Shown: positions 41,376 through 54,388 of the stretch, in pieces
Layout of the letters: every line of letters begins with the position of its first letter
Position numbering within the stretch: position 1 is the stretch's first letter
NCBI GenBank assembly: GCA_964247055.1
Contig: OZ176054.1
Coordinates: forward strand, 4,278,001-4,342,000
Direction of reading: 5' to 3'
Source: Paragordius varius
Lineage: Eukaryota; Animalia; Nematomorpha
Length of the DNA: 64,000 nt
Notes under the pieces: generated by a model
Database searches by the model: none
Told to the model about the DNA's origin: nothing
What the model saw: the letters and a program-made list of their open reading frames with translations, nothing else
Program-made: the position numbers and the translations under genes

Positions 41376-43325
41376 ATTAAATTATTTACCTATCTATCTA
41401 TCAGTGGCAATCATATTTTTGATAAAGATTTTATTTTTGAAGAAATTAAATTATATTTAGTAAATTAATAAAATAAATTAATATACTATATTGGTAGTTG
41501 TTAAGTTTGACAAGGGCTGTCACAGCAGAATTTGCATCTACACATATATAAATTTTATTAATTATTACATAAACTTTTAACTGATCGAAAGTAAAATAAC
41601 TTTCTGTAACTTGAGGGCGTTTTTACATCATTACATATTTAATTATATCTAAAGTTATTAATGGCGCGCAAACTGTTAAACGTTTAAATTTACCAAATCG
41701 CGTGGAATAACGGGTTATTTAGACAGAGTGGACATTGCGATATAAAAAATTTGGAAATTGCAAAATTTTTTGTTTAACACTTTATTACATAAATGTTGTA
41801 ATAACTTCTGAGGTGGTTTGTTGAATAAATTGTAGTGAAATTAAGGCTGTTTTATAATTAAGATATTCTTTGTCATTCTTACAGTGAATTTAGAATACCT
41901 AGACCAAACAACAGCGATTTTTAGCTACTTAATCAACATTAAGTTTGAAAAATGTTTACACATTTAAATGTAAATGCATAAATACTTCGGAAAAATGTTC
42001 GAGATGGATTTTCAGACTAATAAATTGTTTACCCAATATCGTGTGGATGCTTATAGAAATATATTTATATTTGAGCGCATTGAGGCTATTAAGGCGGAAT
42101 TTAAGATGTTAAAAAGTATATTCAATCTAAACATATCGATTTCTGACTGATGAAAATTTGGTTAAAAGCTGGTCAAATATTTATAATCCGAAGCAAATTA
42201 CAAAACAAACTCATAAATTGCAAAGCTATTAGTATTGCATAATATAATTTATTAATCATAAATATAAAAATATAATTTAATACTTCCTTTAAAACAGTAA
42301 ATTTTGTTATTATACGGATAACGTAAAAATTAAAAGGCAATATTTTTTTCGAAAGCCAACCATACTTTTGTAAACTTCATTTTTCCTACACAAACTCTAA
42401 ATTACCATTTAAATTTATAGTGAAATGCCAATTTACAACTTCAATCCCCATTTCGACCAATGAATTATATTTAAAAGATTAAGTGTGATTGCCTTTTAAA
42501 AAAAAATATTTATCTTTTAATTTTAACGTTTTGTCCATATAACTTCAAAATATACTGTGATATTGCTATTACATCCCCAGTCGTAGTTTTTATTAACAAA
42601 TTCAAGGTTTCAAGCCTAATTTTAAACTATCTATTTAACAAAAAAAGATGCCATGAAATTATTTTTTTGTTTCCATTTTGATCCGCTATATAATCACAGT
42701 ACAAATACGAGTCGTAGAAAATATATCGCATGCGGGGCGCACCACACATTAACATAACACTTCATGCTTTTTCGGGATAGTTTTCTACCCGAGGTCAATT
42801 TCAGACATGAATATTTAAAAAAATAATGTGCATTCTTGAGCCTTCTACGCGCGTGGTTCAAAAAAAGTTAAAAAATGTAAAATTGTAAAAAAATCTCATA
42901 TTAAATTTTTTCGTCGCCTTTTTTCCTTTTGATACGGATACATTTATTGCTAATACAACAAGTAAATATTATGGTAAATAATGTAAATAACATTAGCTTT
43001 CAAACCACATTAAGACCGTGAATTTTTGATATTCATTGATTTAATAATCAGATATTTAAATTAAATTTTGGTCGCCGCACGTTAAAAAATTGTAAAAATG
43101 TAAGCTTTTTATATAACACAGTGTACTCATAATATATCTTCATGTATATTTCTGATAGAAAAATGCATCAGGATTCTAATGGTTAGTAAGCCTTACAAGT
43201 AATTGAAAGTAGTTTTGTGGTAATGCTATCGAGAAATCGCAAAATTTGCTCTCTGATGACAAATAAAATATTTTGGTAAAAGCTAGCTTCCTTCCAAAAA
43301 ATATTATTGAAAATATAACTCCAGA

Positions 43326-43905
43326 TTAACAATTGGATACAACTTATTCATTTTAGTCCTTCGATTCAAATTGGGGTAGTTAAACACCTCAGACCTGTTT
43401 AAAATTAAATTCTTTAAAAAATATGGAACTAATCAAAACCATGGCAAAAATTTGCACTTATATAACATTAATAAACCGAAATATATAAAAAATTTTATTC
43501 AAAAATACATGATATTATTTATTATAAGCTAAAACCGAAAGGTAAAAGTTTAGTCAACGTGACATGTGTGCAATGCTAAAATTAAAAAATAATACAAAAT
43601 AAACCGCTTTTTCTATGTTAGATGTAATTTAAATAAAAAATTAGCTTTAATTTTACCCTTAAAATTAAATGAAGACGATATTTTGCAAAAATTTTGTAAA
43701 ATTAAAATGGCGTCGAAGTAGTTTGTCATGGAACCTTTTTTTCAAAACAAAATTTTATTCAGATATTTTGGAATATTTATATAATTTTTATTAGGATACA
43801 AGCATATATTTAAATTGAAACCGTTTCTATCAGTATTTTTTTAAATATCCTAACTTAAATTTAGTCTGGGGTATTTAGATACCCCAATTTGAATCGAAGT
43901 GTTAA
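43326..43905. mobile_element. piggyBac-like TTAA MITE (complete copy)
   Basis: TTAACAATTGGATAC ... GAATCGAAGTGTTAA. Confidence 0.8.
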
Positions 43906-45283
43906 AGCAAAACAGATAATATTCTAATTTTTTAATAAAGGATGGGCTAATTTTTTTAAAAAATAAAACAAAAAATGATTGCGCGATAAGAACTTTTGAT
44001 ATATGCTAAAATATGTTTAAAATATTCTTGAAAGAATGCCTAATTTGGTTATAAATTTTCTTTTTATCAAATTTTGTAAGCCTATGTTATGGTATTCGGA
44101 AGGGTAGAAACATATAAAACACTGTTCCTATATGATTCGATTTGATTAAAATATTTGTTCGCCTTCAATTCTAAGTAGATTTTGGTGAATACATTTTCTA
44201 TTAACCTTAAATTTAAAAACGATAAAATCATTTGAAAAATTCTGAGGTGATAAAAATGTTCATTTAAATAATTTACAGTGTATTTTTAACACTTTAACAT
44301 ACTTAATACCGTTTCCACCATGCCTCAAAATACAATAAAATACGCAATCAGATTTTCGCTAAAAATTTTCAAACAAAGTATCATTTTTTTCAAAAAAATT
44401 ATTTGATGTCATAATCTAGCATTCTCGGCTCTTTCGCTTTCATTTTTTAAAAAACTAGCTTATTTTAGAGGGGGTTAAACATTTGAAACTTTTGGAGCCC
44501 CAAACTTTGCTCAACAAACTTATGCCCAGAAGATTTACAAAATATTGAAGCCTCCATTAAAAGCTTAATAGAAGTTATTAAAAAGATTAATGCTTTTAAC
44601 AGACACATTTATCCTCAATTCCACAATAACAACACACTCATCACTCAATCAATCATTATATTATCTATATAATATTTTTTATTTTTATATAAATCCTAAG
44701 GCTTAATCTCCCCTCAATTATATATACTAATACAGTATTTTTAAATTTTAAACTATCTTGCAATTTTTTCTATAATATACGAATTATGAAAAAAAAATTT
44801 TATTAGTTAATAAAAATTTATACGTTTGCCAAATTTTTATCATTGCCAAATATAGGTTGTTATAATTCATTTATATTTTTGGAATGAAGCATTTGGCTTT
44901 TATTAAATTGTTATTTGATACAAAGTGCTAATTTTGCAACACCATATTGAAAAAATACCACAAAAGTGGAAACATCTTAAATTACTTGTAAAGCATAACG
45001 CCAAACGCACCATGATGATCCTGACTTTTCTATCAGAATATTTATAATTCATCAGATATACCATTTGACTTCAAGAGTGTAACAAAATAAAAAAATGCAT
45101 GCGAAAATTATGGTTAATCAATTAAAAAATTAAAGATTGATTATCAATACATTTCTTAAAAATTATTTTGAAGTTATTCATTCAAATAAATTTTTTAACA
45201 CATTGTTTTCATATGCGACACCGGTGTTTTCCCTGTTCTAAAGGGCGAATTACAAATAATATGCTACCTATATAATTTGAGAG

Positions 45284-48200
45284 ACATTTGCGCGCGTTCG
45301 ACCCATCTGACGCAACTTCAAAAACGAAAAATTCTTATTGTTATCTATTTATTTATTTTCAAAGTTTATTCTATCTTTTATCAGTTTTTCTCATTCATTC
45401 AAAAAATGCACGAAATTACCTTTGTAATATATTCCAAATCAATATTCTTAGGATTCGTATTTTATTTTAATTCATTTTTATTCATTGATATATATTTATG
45501 TATGTTTTTGTGTTTTTTTTTATATTTTTGGTTAAAATTTTTGATTCTTTTTTAGTTTATTTTCATCTATATTATTCTTCTAATTTATTGTATTTTTGTT
45601 TTTTTTGTTTTTTATGAGTGTTTTTTGTAAGGCGAGCAGGCCAGACCCGGCCAGTCGCTGCACGGAGGTAGGGGCCAATAGGGATAAGGAAGGTTGTAGA
45701 ATGTGTTTTGCCAGTATAAATGTTGGTTCGTTAAAAAGTAAGTTATATGATTTAGTTGAAACTATGAGGGTAAAAAATTTTTTTTGTGCATTCAGGAGAC
45801 CAGATACCGTGGAAATGGTCTAAGACGTTAGAGGGTAATTATAAAATGTTTTATTCAGGTTCTACGGATGGTTACAGTGGGGTCGCCATAATAGTGTGCC
45901 CAAGATTTGCCAATCTAGTAATTGAGGTTAGACGTGCTGACAGTAGAATTATAAGTGTCGACCTATTGTTAAATAAGAGGGTTTTTACTATCTTCGTTTA
46001 TGCCCCCCAGATAGGGTTAACTAAACCGGAGAAAGATAAATTTTATGATTTGTTATACGCAGAAATGACTTCGTTAACGAAAGACAGAGAAATTATATTT
46101 TGTGGTGATTTCAATGGGCACGTTGGACAAAATAGGAGAGGTTTTGAGCCTTGGCACGGCGGAAAAGGTTACGGGGTTATAAATGAAGAAGGGGCTAGTT
46201 TATTAAGATTTGCCCAATCTTATAACTTTGCTATAACAAATACTTTTTTACTAAAAGGGAGCCACTTAATTACCTAAAAAGTGGAAATAAGAAGTCACAA
46301 CCGATTATATTCTAGTACCACGAAAGTCTTTAAAGTTTGTTTCGGACTGCAAAGTGATACCTAACCTGCAGATTAGCACACAACACAATTTAATTATGTG
46401 TAAATATATGACAGATATACCAATAAATGCCAAAAAGCCTAAGCTTATAGCGCCGAAGGTAATTAAATGGGATTCTCTAAGAAACAGTAAAGAAAGATTT
46501 GTAGAAACGGTAGGCATACTAGACAGGAACAGTGATCCAGAAAGTGTTTGGTCTCAGGTGGCAAAAAAATAAGAGAGGCGGGAGTTAAGATGTGCGGAAT
46601 GAAAGGTGGCAGAAACCAGGTTTATAGAGAGGCATGGCTGAAAGACGAAAAAATAATTCAGAAATCGCGAGAGAAAAGAAAAGCTTTTAAAATGTGGAGG
46701 TTTACCCGCCAAGCAGAAGACAACGAAAAATATAAAAGGATTAATAAGGAACTTAATAGGCTTGTAAGATTGGTCAAAAAAGAATAGACGGCATCATTAT
46801 ATGAAGAGTTAAACAGTAAGCAAGGTCTAAACAAAGTTTTTAAAATTACTCGACAAATACACAGAAGAAAGCTGGACTTGCCCCCTTACGCGACAGTTAT
46901 TAAAGATAAAAAAGGCAAATTACTCGTTGAGGAAGCGAAAATATTGAAAAGGTGGAAAGAATATTTCCAGGATCTTGAATCGGGCGTCAGTGAAACAAGT
47001 TTACCCGAAACACCAGATTATAAATCTGCGCATATTGAAAGTATAATAAAAGAAGAAGTCCAGGCTTGTTAGAAGAGATGTCAACAAATAAGGCTGCAGG
47101 TCCAGACGATATTAACATAAACTGTTGGAAAATATTGTCAGAGAAAGGTATTGAATTTTTAGCGGATATTATTAATAATGTAGTTACTACAGGTATGATA
47201 CCAACCGAATGGAAGGAGAGTTTCACTGTTCCCATTTTCAACGGTAAAGGAGATATTAATGATTGTAATAATTACAGAGGGATAAGATTGATGTCGCATA
47301 CAATGAAGTTATTTGAGTAGAGAAAAGAATAAGGAAAATGGTTAGTATAGAGGGTAATCAATTTGGTTTTAGTCCAGGAAAATCCACCATTGATCCGATC
47401 CACGCAGTAAGAAGGCTAATCGAGAAGCATATAGAAATGAAAAAGGAGTTGCATGGTATTTGTATTGATATTGAAAAGGCATTTGACAGAATACCCCGGA
47501 GCACAATATGGTGGAGCTTAAGACGGAAAAAGGTCCCTGAAAGTTACATAAAGATTTTAAAAAGCATGTACGATACACACCAATCCAAAATTAACCAGGG
47601 AATATCAGGTCCTATTAAAATAAACGAAGGGGTCTATCAGGGGTCTGCAATCAGCCCGTTACTATTTATAATATGCATGGACGAAATTTCAAAGAAGTAG
47701 GGCAACATGATGGCTGGTATTTTCTTTATGCAGACGACCTAATAGTGCTGTCCGACGAGTTGCATGAATTAAAAGAATTGGTGTGTAAATTGATTGATGT
47801 GTTACGACGATGCGGATTAAAAGTTAATAAAAAGAAAACGGAACAGATAAATTTTGGCGGACAAAAACGAGAAATAGAATTAGAAGAAGGGTGGGTATTA
47901 AAAGGTCAGGAGGAATGCAAATATTTAGGAGCGATATTAGCAGCAGATAGTTCTTTAACACTTGATATTAATTTAAGAATTCGAAATAGTTGGAATATAA
48001 TAAGATCTCAAAAGTTTTGTGTGACAAAAATATTGACCTAAAAGTAAAGGGTAAGATTTACAGTGCTGTTGTACAACCAACAATGATGTACAACTCACAG
48101 ACATGGGCAATAAAGAAATCAGAAGAGAGGCACTTTGAGGTTACTGAAATGAGAATGTTTAGATTGATGTGCGGTGTAACGAGGAATGACAAGGTGAAGA

Positions 48201-48510
48201 ATGTCTACATAAGAAGTACGGAAATCAAACCGGTAAAGCAAAAGATGATGGTAAATCGTTTAAGATGGTTCGGACATGTTGAAAGAAGAGATAAAAATTA
48301 CATTGATAAAAAGATTGATGATTATATTGTGAAAGGCAAGAGGGGAAAAGGGCGCCCTAAAACGCGATGGATAGATACAGTTAAGAGGGACATGGCAAAA
48401 CTGAACCTAAAACGCGAAGACGCCTTAGACAGGGTTCTATGGCGAAATAGTTTACGGATATGACCGCTCGAAAGAGTGATATCATATAATGTAATTATTA
48501 TTATTATTAT
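45284..48510 (+). mobile_element. Full-length RTE-clade LINE (~3.2 kb, APE endonuclease + RT), multiply frameshifted
   Basis: 13-bp TSD TATAATTTGAGAG (45271-45283, 48511-48523); ~330-nt T-rich 5' UTR. ATG at ~45616; APE motifs SINVGSL, QETR, GVAII, VYAPQ, GDFNGHVG; RT motifs KAAGPDDI, DIEKAFD, YADD; (ATT)n tail. Confidence 0.93.
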
Positions 48511-48854
48511 TATAATTTGAGAGTATTTAAAAATAAATTATGCACCTTTTTTATTATAAATTAGCGATTTATATCCATAATCCAAGATGAGGATATTTTA
48601 CATTTAAAAAATTACAATCATGCGCCTAAAAGGCTAAGACAACGCATATAAAAATTTTGGTGCCATATTAAAAAATTTCTTAAATTAAATTCACAAATAT
48701 CCTAAAAAGACATCTTTATATTAAAAAGAACATAATAAGATTATTATTTATAAGCCCACCATTGCAATTAGATATCATAGTTCATATCGACCAATTGGTA
48801 GCTTTCGGAACGAAAATTTTAAGATGACAGTGTTTACCACGTGCCACACTGTGA

Positions 48855-48886
48855 GACGCGTTTCGACCTTGTTGTGGACTCATTAG
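48855..48886 (-). ncRNA. Degenerate minimal (Penelope/retrozyme-type) hammerhead ribozyme motif
   Basis: Minus strand reads CTAATGA-GTCCACAACAAGGTC-GAAA-CGCGTC. The core is CUGAUGA with G5A, there is a palindromic helix III ACGCGU and a GUC cleavage triplet; helices I and II are imperfect. Confidence 0.5.
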
Positions 48887-49367
48887 TCGTTTATATATGC
48901 TATCTGTTAGAAGGCAAAAAGCTTGATTGTAAAAAGTAATTTTTGGTTCCCTTTAAATTTTAGCAAATATGAATAGGACTGTAAAGGTTACCAGACAAAT
49001 ATAAAATTAGCTTTGGTCCAATAAATAAATTTTACATTAGATCATAATATAATTTCTCATAAAATTTTACTCCAGTTATAACATATCGTTTTAACATCAA
49101 AAGTCAGAAAGAAGTATACTTTAATTTTTCAGCATACAACCAAAAAGTATGTATTTTTACGGTTTATTTATGCATTAAGTCAAAAGAATTTTAGACACCC
49201 ATATATTTTAGGTAAGCAGCAAACCTATTTTTATTTTTTAATTATATAAATATGTAATTTTTTTAGCTTTGGTCTATATTTACAAACCCAAATCTGTTTC
49301 TGTCACAAAAAACACCTTTAGTGATTAGTCAGGTGGTGCACATTTATATTCACATTCTTCCTATATT

Positions 49368-50774
49368 ATGGTAACATTATTATTTATAATTTTATTAGTC
49401 TCATAGAAAGTTTTCCGCTCCTCGCCATGGGAACATGGGGTTTTGTCCCAAAAAAAGGAGCAGACGTCATCGTGGCAAAGTCAAAGCTTTTCCCAAAGAT
49501 GACCCAAAAAAACCAGTTCATTTGACTGCATTTTTGGGGTACAAAGCTGGCATGACGCACATAGTTAGAGAAGTCGATAAACCAGGATCAAGTTAAAATG
49601 TATACTTATTTGCAGAGGTAAATAAAAAAGAAGTCGTGGAGGCTGTCACGATAATTGAAACACCTCCTGTTGTAGTCTTTGGATTAGTTGGATATATTGA
49701 TACACCTAGAGGGTTGAGAACCTTCAAAACTATTTTTGCTGAACATGTCAGCGAAGAATGTAAAAGACGATTTTATAAAAATTGGTAATAACATTTTTTA
49801 ATATTTAGGTATAAGTGTAAAAAGAAGGCCTTTTCGAAATATTCCTTGAAATGGCAAGATGATTTGGGGAAAAAAGAAATTCACCAAGACTTAGAAAAGA
49901 TTAAGAAATATTGCACTGTTGTCAGAGTTTTGGTCCATACTCAAGTATTTGACTTTCTTAAAATTTTAAGATGAAACTGTTGAGGAAAGGTCAGAAAAAG
50001 GCCCATATTATGGAAATTCAAGTAAATGGAGGAACCATTGCTGATAAAGTTGATTGGGCTCAACAACATTTTGAGCAACGTATCCCTGTTCAATCCGTAT
50101 TTAACCCTGATGAAATGATTGATGTTATTGGCATAACTAAAGGGCATGGGTTCAAAGGTGTAACTTCGCGTTGGCACACCAAAAAATTGCCCCGTAAAAC
50201 GCATAAGGGTCTTAGAAAAGTGGCTTGTATTGGGTCATGGCATCCAAGTCGTGTCCAATTTACTGTTGCCAGAGCTGGTCAAAAAGGCTATCATCATCGA
50301 ACGGAAGTGAATAAAAAAATTTATCGTATTGGAGCAGGTTAGTTTAATATACAATTAATTTTGTAGCAATTCACAAAAAGGATGGTAAACTTATTAAGAA
50401 TAATGCATCCACGGAATTTGATTTAACCGATAAATCTATCACACCTATGGTAAATTATGATAGTTTAATGTTAAGGGTGGTTTTCCTCATTATGGTAATG
50501 TCGTGAATGATTTTATTATGATAAAAGGATGTGTAATGGGCACCAAAAAGCGCGTTATAACTTTGCGAAAGGTTTTTTTAATTATTAATATTTAAAGAGT
50601 TTAATTGCCCAAACGAATAGATCTGCTTTGGAGAAGATTAATTTGAAGTTTATCGATACTTCATCGAAGTTTGGCCATGGTCGTTTCCAAACACCGCAAG
50701 ACAAGATGGCATTTATGGTTATATTTTTTATTTATATTTAGGGTCCATTAAAGAAACACGCAGTGGCAGCTTAA
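49368..50774 (+). CDS. RPL3: 60S ribosomal protein L3 (uL3), 9 exons, 399 aa
   Basis: Exons of 3, 193, 169, 136, 367, 83, 96, 120 and 33 nt total 1200 nt; M|[45 protein letters not shown]. Introns of 28, 24, 24, 26, 29, 26, 26 and 24 nt. Confidence 0.97.
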
Positions 50775-50990
50775 ATTCATATATTTAATAAATAAATCCT
50801 ATGTTGCTATAATTTACTTTAAAATTTTATATGATATAAGGGTCACATTTTTAAATTGTTACAGAGCCAGTATAAGTTCTGTGTTTTATTACAATTAATA
50901 TTTTCATTATTGATCACGGTACTCAATGAGTTTTTTTCCATGTTTTGCGGTTGTAGGCGTCTTTAATATCAATTTTTTGTTCCTCTAGAT

Positions 50991-51083
50991 CAGGTGCGTT
51001 CAACTCAAATTACGTAAAATTTTGTATATAAGATTTCTCGGGCTGCAAAAATATTTTGGAGGGCCGCGTGTTGGATACCCCTG
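50991..51083. mobile_element. 93-bp hAT (Buster-type) mini-MITE
   Basis: CAGGTGCGTTCAAC ... GTTGGATACCCCTG; TSD CTCTAGAT/ATCTAGAT (7 of 8 match). Confidence 0.75.
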
Positions 51084-52720
51084 ATCTAGATATATATAAA
51101 ATATTGTTTTCATACTTAATAATATTTTGGTTAACAGCTTATGAAATTCATGTCTGGTTAATTTTTAAAATTTTGTTAAATACTTTTTCCCATAAAATAT
51201 GCTCAGCCATAATATTCGGTGAGGTAACGTTTTATTTTCTAATACCATCTTATGAAGAGCAATCTCCTTTGTAAGCACTGAATTTTTTTAATGAAAGAGT
51301 AATTAAATTTTTTATCATTAGAGTTGAACGTTTCAACACCATGTTATATTCTTTTTTATATTTTATTGTCGTCCATGTATTGGAATCATGAGTTGATTTT
51401 ATTTCTCTCTTTATATTCATTTTTGTTATGAGTTTTGTTTTGGTTATGTTTGACTAATTTGTATTTTCCTTAGCTCGTACTCTTTTTAATGGTTAGCTTA
51501 TATCTCCTTGATTTAGTAAACCAACGAGTTTTAGGCCAAAAACAAATGATTCTATAGAAGTTAAAGGGCTTTTAACCAGACTCAAAAAAGTGGAACTGGA
51601 ACGGGTTGGTTCTTTAAAAACTTAGTGCTTCTGAACCTGTTTTGATATAACTGACTCACGTTGGTTCCAAAATATATTTATAATTTTTTTATTTTTGGGA
51701 AAATAAAATATATACTATTATTTTTTTTTGGATGAAATGCTGAAAAAAGGGTAATGAAGTATATTATCATCTATTATCAAGTTTTTAAGAAGAGTTTTAT
51801 TGATAAAAATTATTAACTAAACAAATTCATGGTCAAACTACTCAAATTTAAAGTTGAAAATAAAAAAAACTTGCATGGTACGGCTTTCATACGGTTGTTT
51901 AATTATATAAATCAGGATGAGCCGTATTTCCCGACGTTTTTAATATATTGCCTGACGGAAGAAAAGGGTATCGTTAAATTTTTCTGGTGTCTTTAAAAAA
52001 TTAAAGATTATTATTTTTTATAATTTTGACGGGGATACAATCATCTGCATTAATAACATATCCTTTGTTAACGCATTTGTACAGCAGCATTTGTAAATGG
52101 TGGTCAGCCATAATATTTTCTCAAAAAGCGCATTATATATCGCGCATCTAAAACGTACCGGCATAAACACAGCATTTTTGATGTATTCTTGTTTTTACAA
52201 ACAGGACAAAAAAAACTTTAATATATAAAAAATTATGTTTTCTTCCTCTATATGAAAAAAATATATAGTACAAAGTGGCTCTTAAAATTTTGAAACTTGA
52301 CCTGCTCCTGAGCAGCTGGATCTGAGTTGGTTTCCTGCAATAAACAAAAAATTTTGCTAATATATAATTATATCATTTTATTTTGGAGCCATTGCTCTAC
52401 TTTGGTAGGGTGACCAGACGTCCCGCATCCCGCTACGTTTTTGAAATGTCCCGCTTTTTCACGATTATATAAAATAATTTTTAAATACATTTATTTTTTA
52501 TAAAATATTTATTTTTTTTATCCGTTTAAATTTTTTATCATTAGTTTATATCAATTTTAAATTAAAATTTACTTTTAAATTAATATTTATATTTTACAAA
52601 TTTATATCATATGAATATACACTTTTCTTCCTACTCCTACTGCCAACGATATCAAAAAGACAAAGTAATATCACAAATTGGTAGCTTATACGTGTACTCC
52701 AGAAAATAAAACTAATATTA

Positions 52721-54388
52721 CAGTCATGTAGACTTTATATTGTTAAAGATTTACTTTTTTTCGTTAATTGGGTATTAATATTTGGTAAAGAATTTAAAAC
52801 AAGAGCAATATGGTATTACCATATCATATTTTTTAAAAAATAAAGAATGGGGGAAGGGCGTCAGAAATCTTTGGTAAAAAATGAAAATCTTAAATATTGT
52901 TTAAGGGGAATGGTAATATTTTTAATTTTTTGCAAAATTTTATATATTAATTTTTTTGATAAAATTTTTATATTTAACACCTAGATTCGAATTGGGGTAT
53001 CTAAATATACCCCAGACTAAATTTGAGTTAAGATTTTTAAAAAACTAGTGAACGAAACGGTCCAAATTTAAATTTATGCTTCTTTCCTAATAAAAATTAT
53101 ATAAATATGCCAAAATATCTAAAATTTTGTTTTGAAAAAAAAGTTCCATGTCAAACAACTTCGACGCCATTTTTATTATACAAAATATTTGCAAAATGTC
53201 GTCTTCATTTAGTGGTAAGGGTAAAATTAAAGCTAATTTTTTATTTAAATCTCATCTAGTATTGATAGAAATAGAAAAAGCGATTTATATTGTATTATAT
53301 TACAATTTTACCATTGCTCACATGTCAGGTTGACTAAATTTTTACCTTTTGGTTTTAGCTTAAAAATGAACGTGTTGTATCCAAGTGTTAAACAAATAAA
53401 ATTAACCTCTAAAATATAGATTTTTATGTATAGGTAAAAAAAAATATTTATTATAATTTTTTAATAGGATCTCACAATAAATAAAATAAACATATAACGG
53501 ATAAAATATAAAGATGTAATGAATTGTGTGTATATATAAGGGAAAACATAGGAAATGAATATGGATTGGATAATTTATTGAGAATTTCATCGACAGCAAT
53601 TCACAATCACTATCGAGGATTGTTTTAACCTGCCCAACTAGACATTTATTACATTTCGTTTTCCTACCCTTTTTCAATGGCTCTTTCTCTATTCCCAGAG
53701 TCATGCTTCGTCTCATAGCATTTATGGAACTTATAGACATGTCTAAATTATCTACAAAATGACAAGCGATAATTCGTAATTCTTGGTATTCCCGAAAATT
53801 TTATAGGCCTTAGACTTTTTTTCATCTGACCAAAAATTATATTCTAAAATTAACAAAAACGGTACTTTTCCTTTTTCCTCTACCGTTTAATGAAGTTGTC
53901 ATATTTTCATTCCCGATCTCATTAACACCTAAATTCTAAATGAAAAAAAAACCATCGTCAGGCACAATATTTTGTGTGGGTCTTATATTTTCGTCAACAT
54001 AATCTGAATCTAACATTATAAAGGAAAAAAATACCCGCAATACCAGGGTTACATCCTAACGAAATTGGATCAAATTGATTATTTAATATAGCATCTATCG
54101 TAAAAAACCCTTTTATCGTTCCCATATCAAAACAAAAAAAATTATAATTGAGAAAAATTACGATTTTCCTAACCCTTTTATACAATAATTTTAAGTGAAG
54201 GGTTAGTAGTAAGTGTATTTTCATTTTTTACCAAAGATTTCCGACGCCCGTCCCCTTCATTTTTTACTTTTTTAAAGAATATGATATGGTATAACCATAT
54301 TGCTCTTGTTTTTATATTCTTTACCAAATATTAATACTCAATTAACGAAAAAAAGTAAATCTTTAACAATATAAAGTCTACATGACTG
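52721..54388. mobile_element. Tc1/mariner-like non-autonomous element with ~190-bp TIRs, nested in hAT copy B
   Basis: TA|CAGTCATGTAGACTTTATATTGTTAAAG... and ...CTTTAACAATATAAAGTCTACATGACTG|TA; the inverted match extends ~190 bp. Confidence 0.8.
52974..53391. mobile_element. piggyBac-like TTAA MITE (internally deleted), third nesting level
   Basis: TTAACACCTAGATTCGAATTGGGGTATC ... GTATCCAAGTGTTAA. Confidence 0.75.

Noticed and set aside
49368-50774. Alternative genetic code or stop readthrough (in-frame TAA/TAG inside conserved genes)
   Set aside because: Each stop lies in a GT-AG segment whose removal restores exact homologous length, and TAA/TGA terminate the genes normally.
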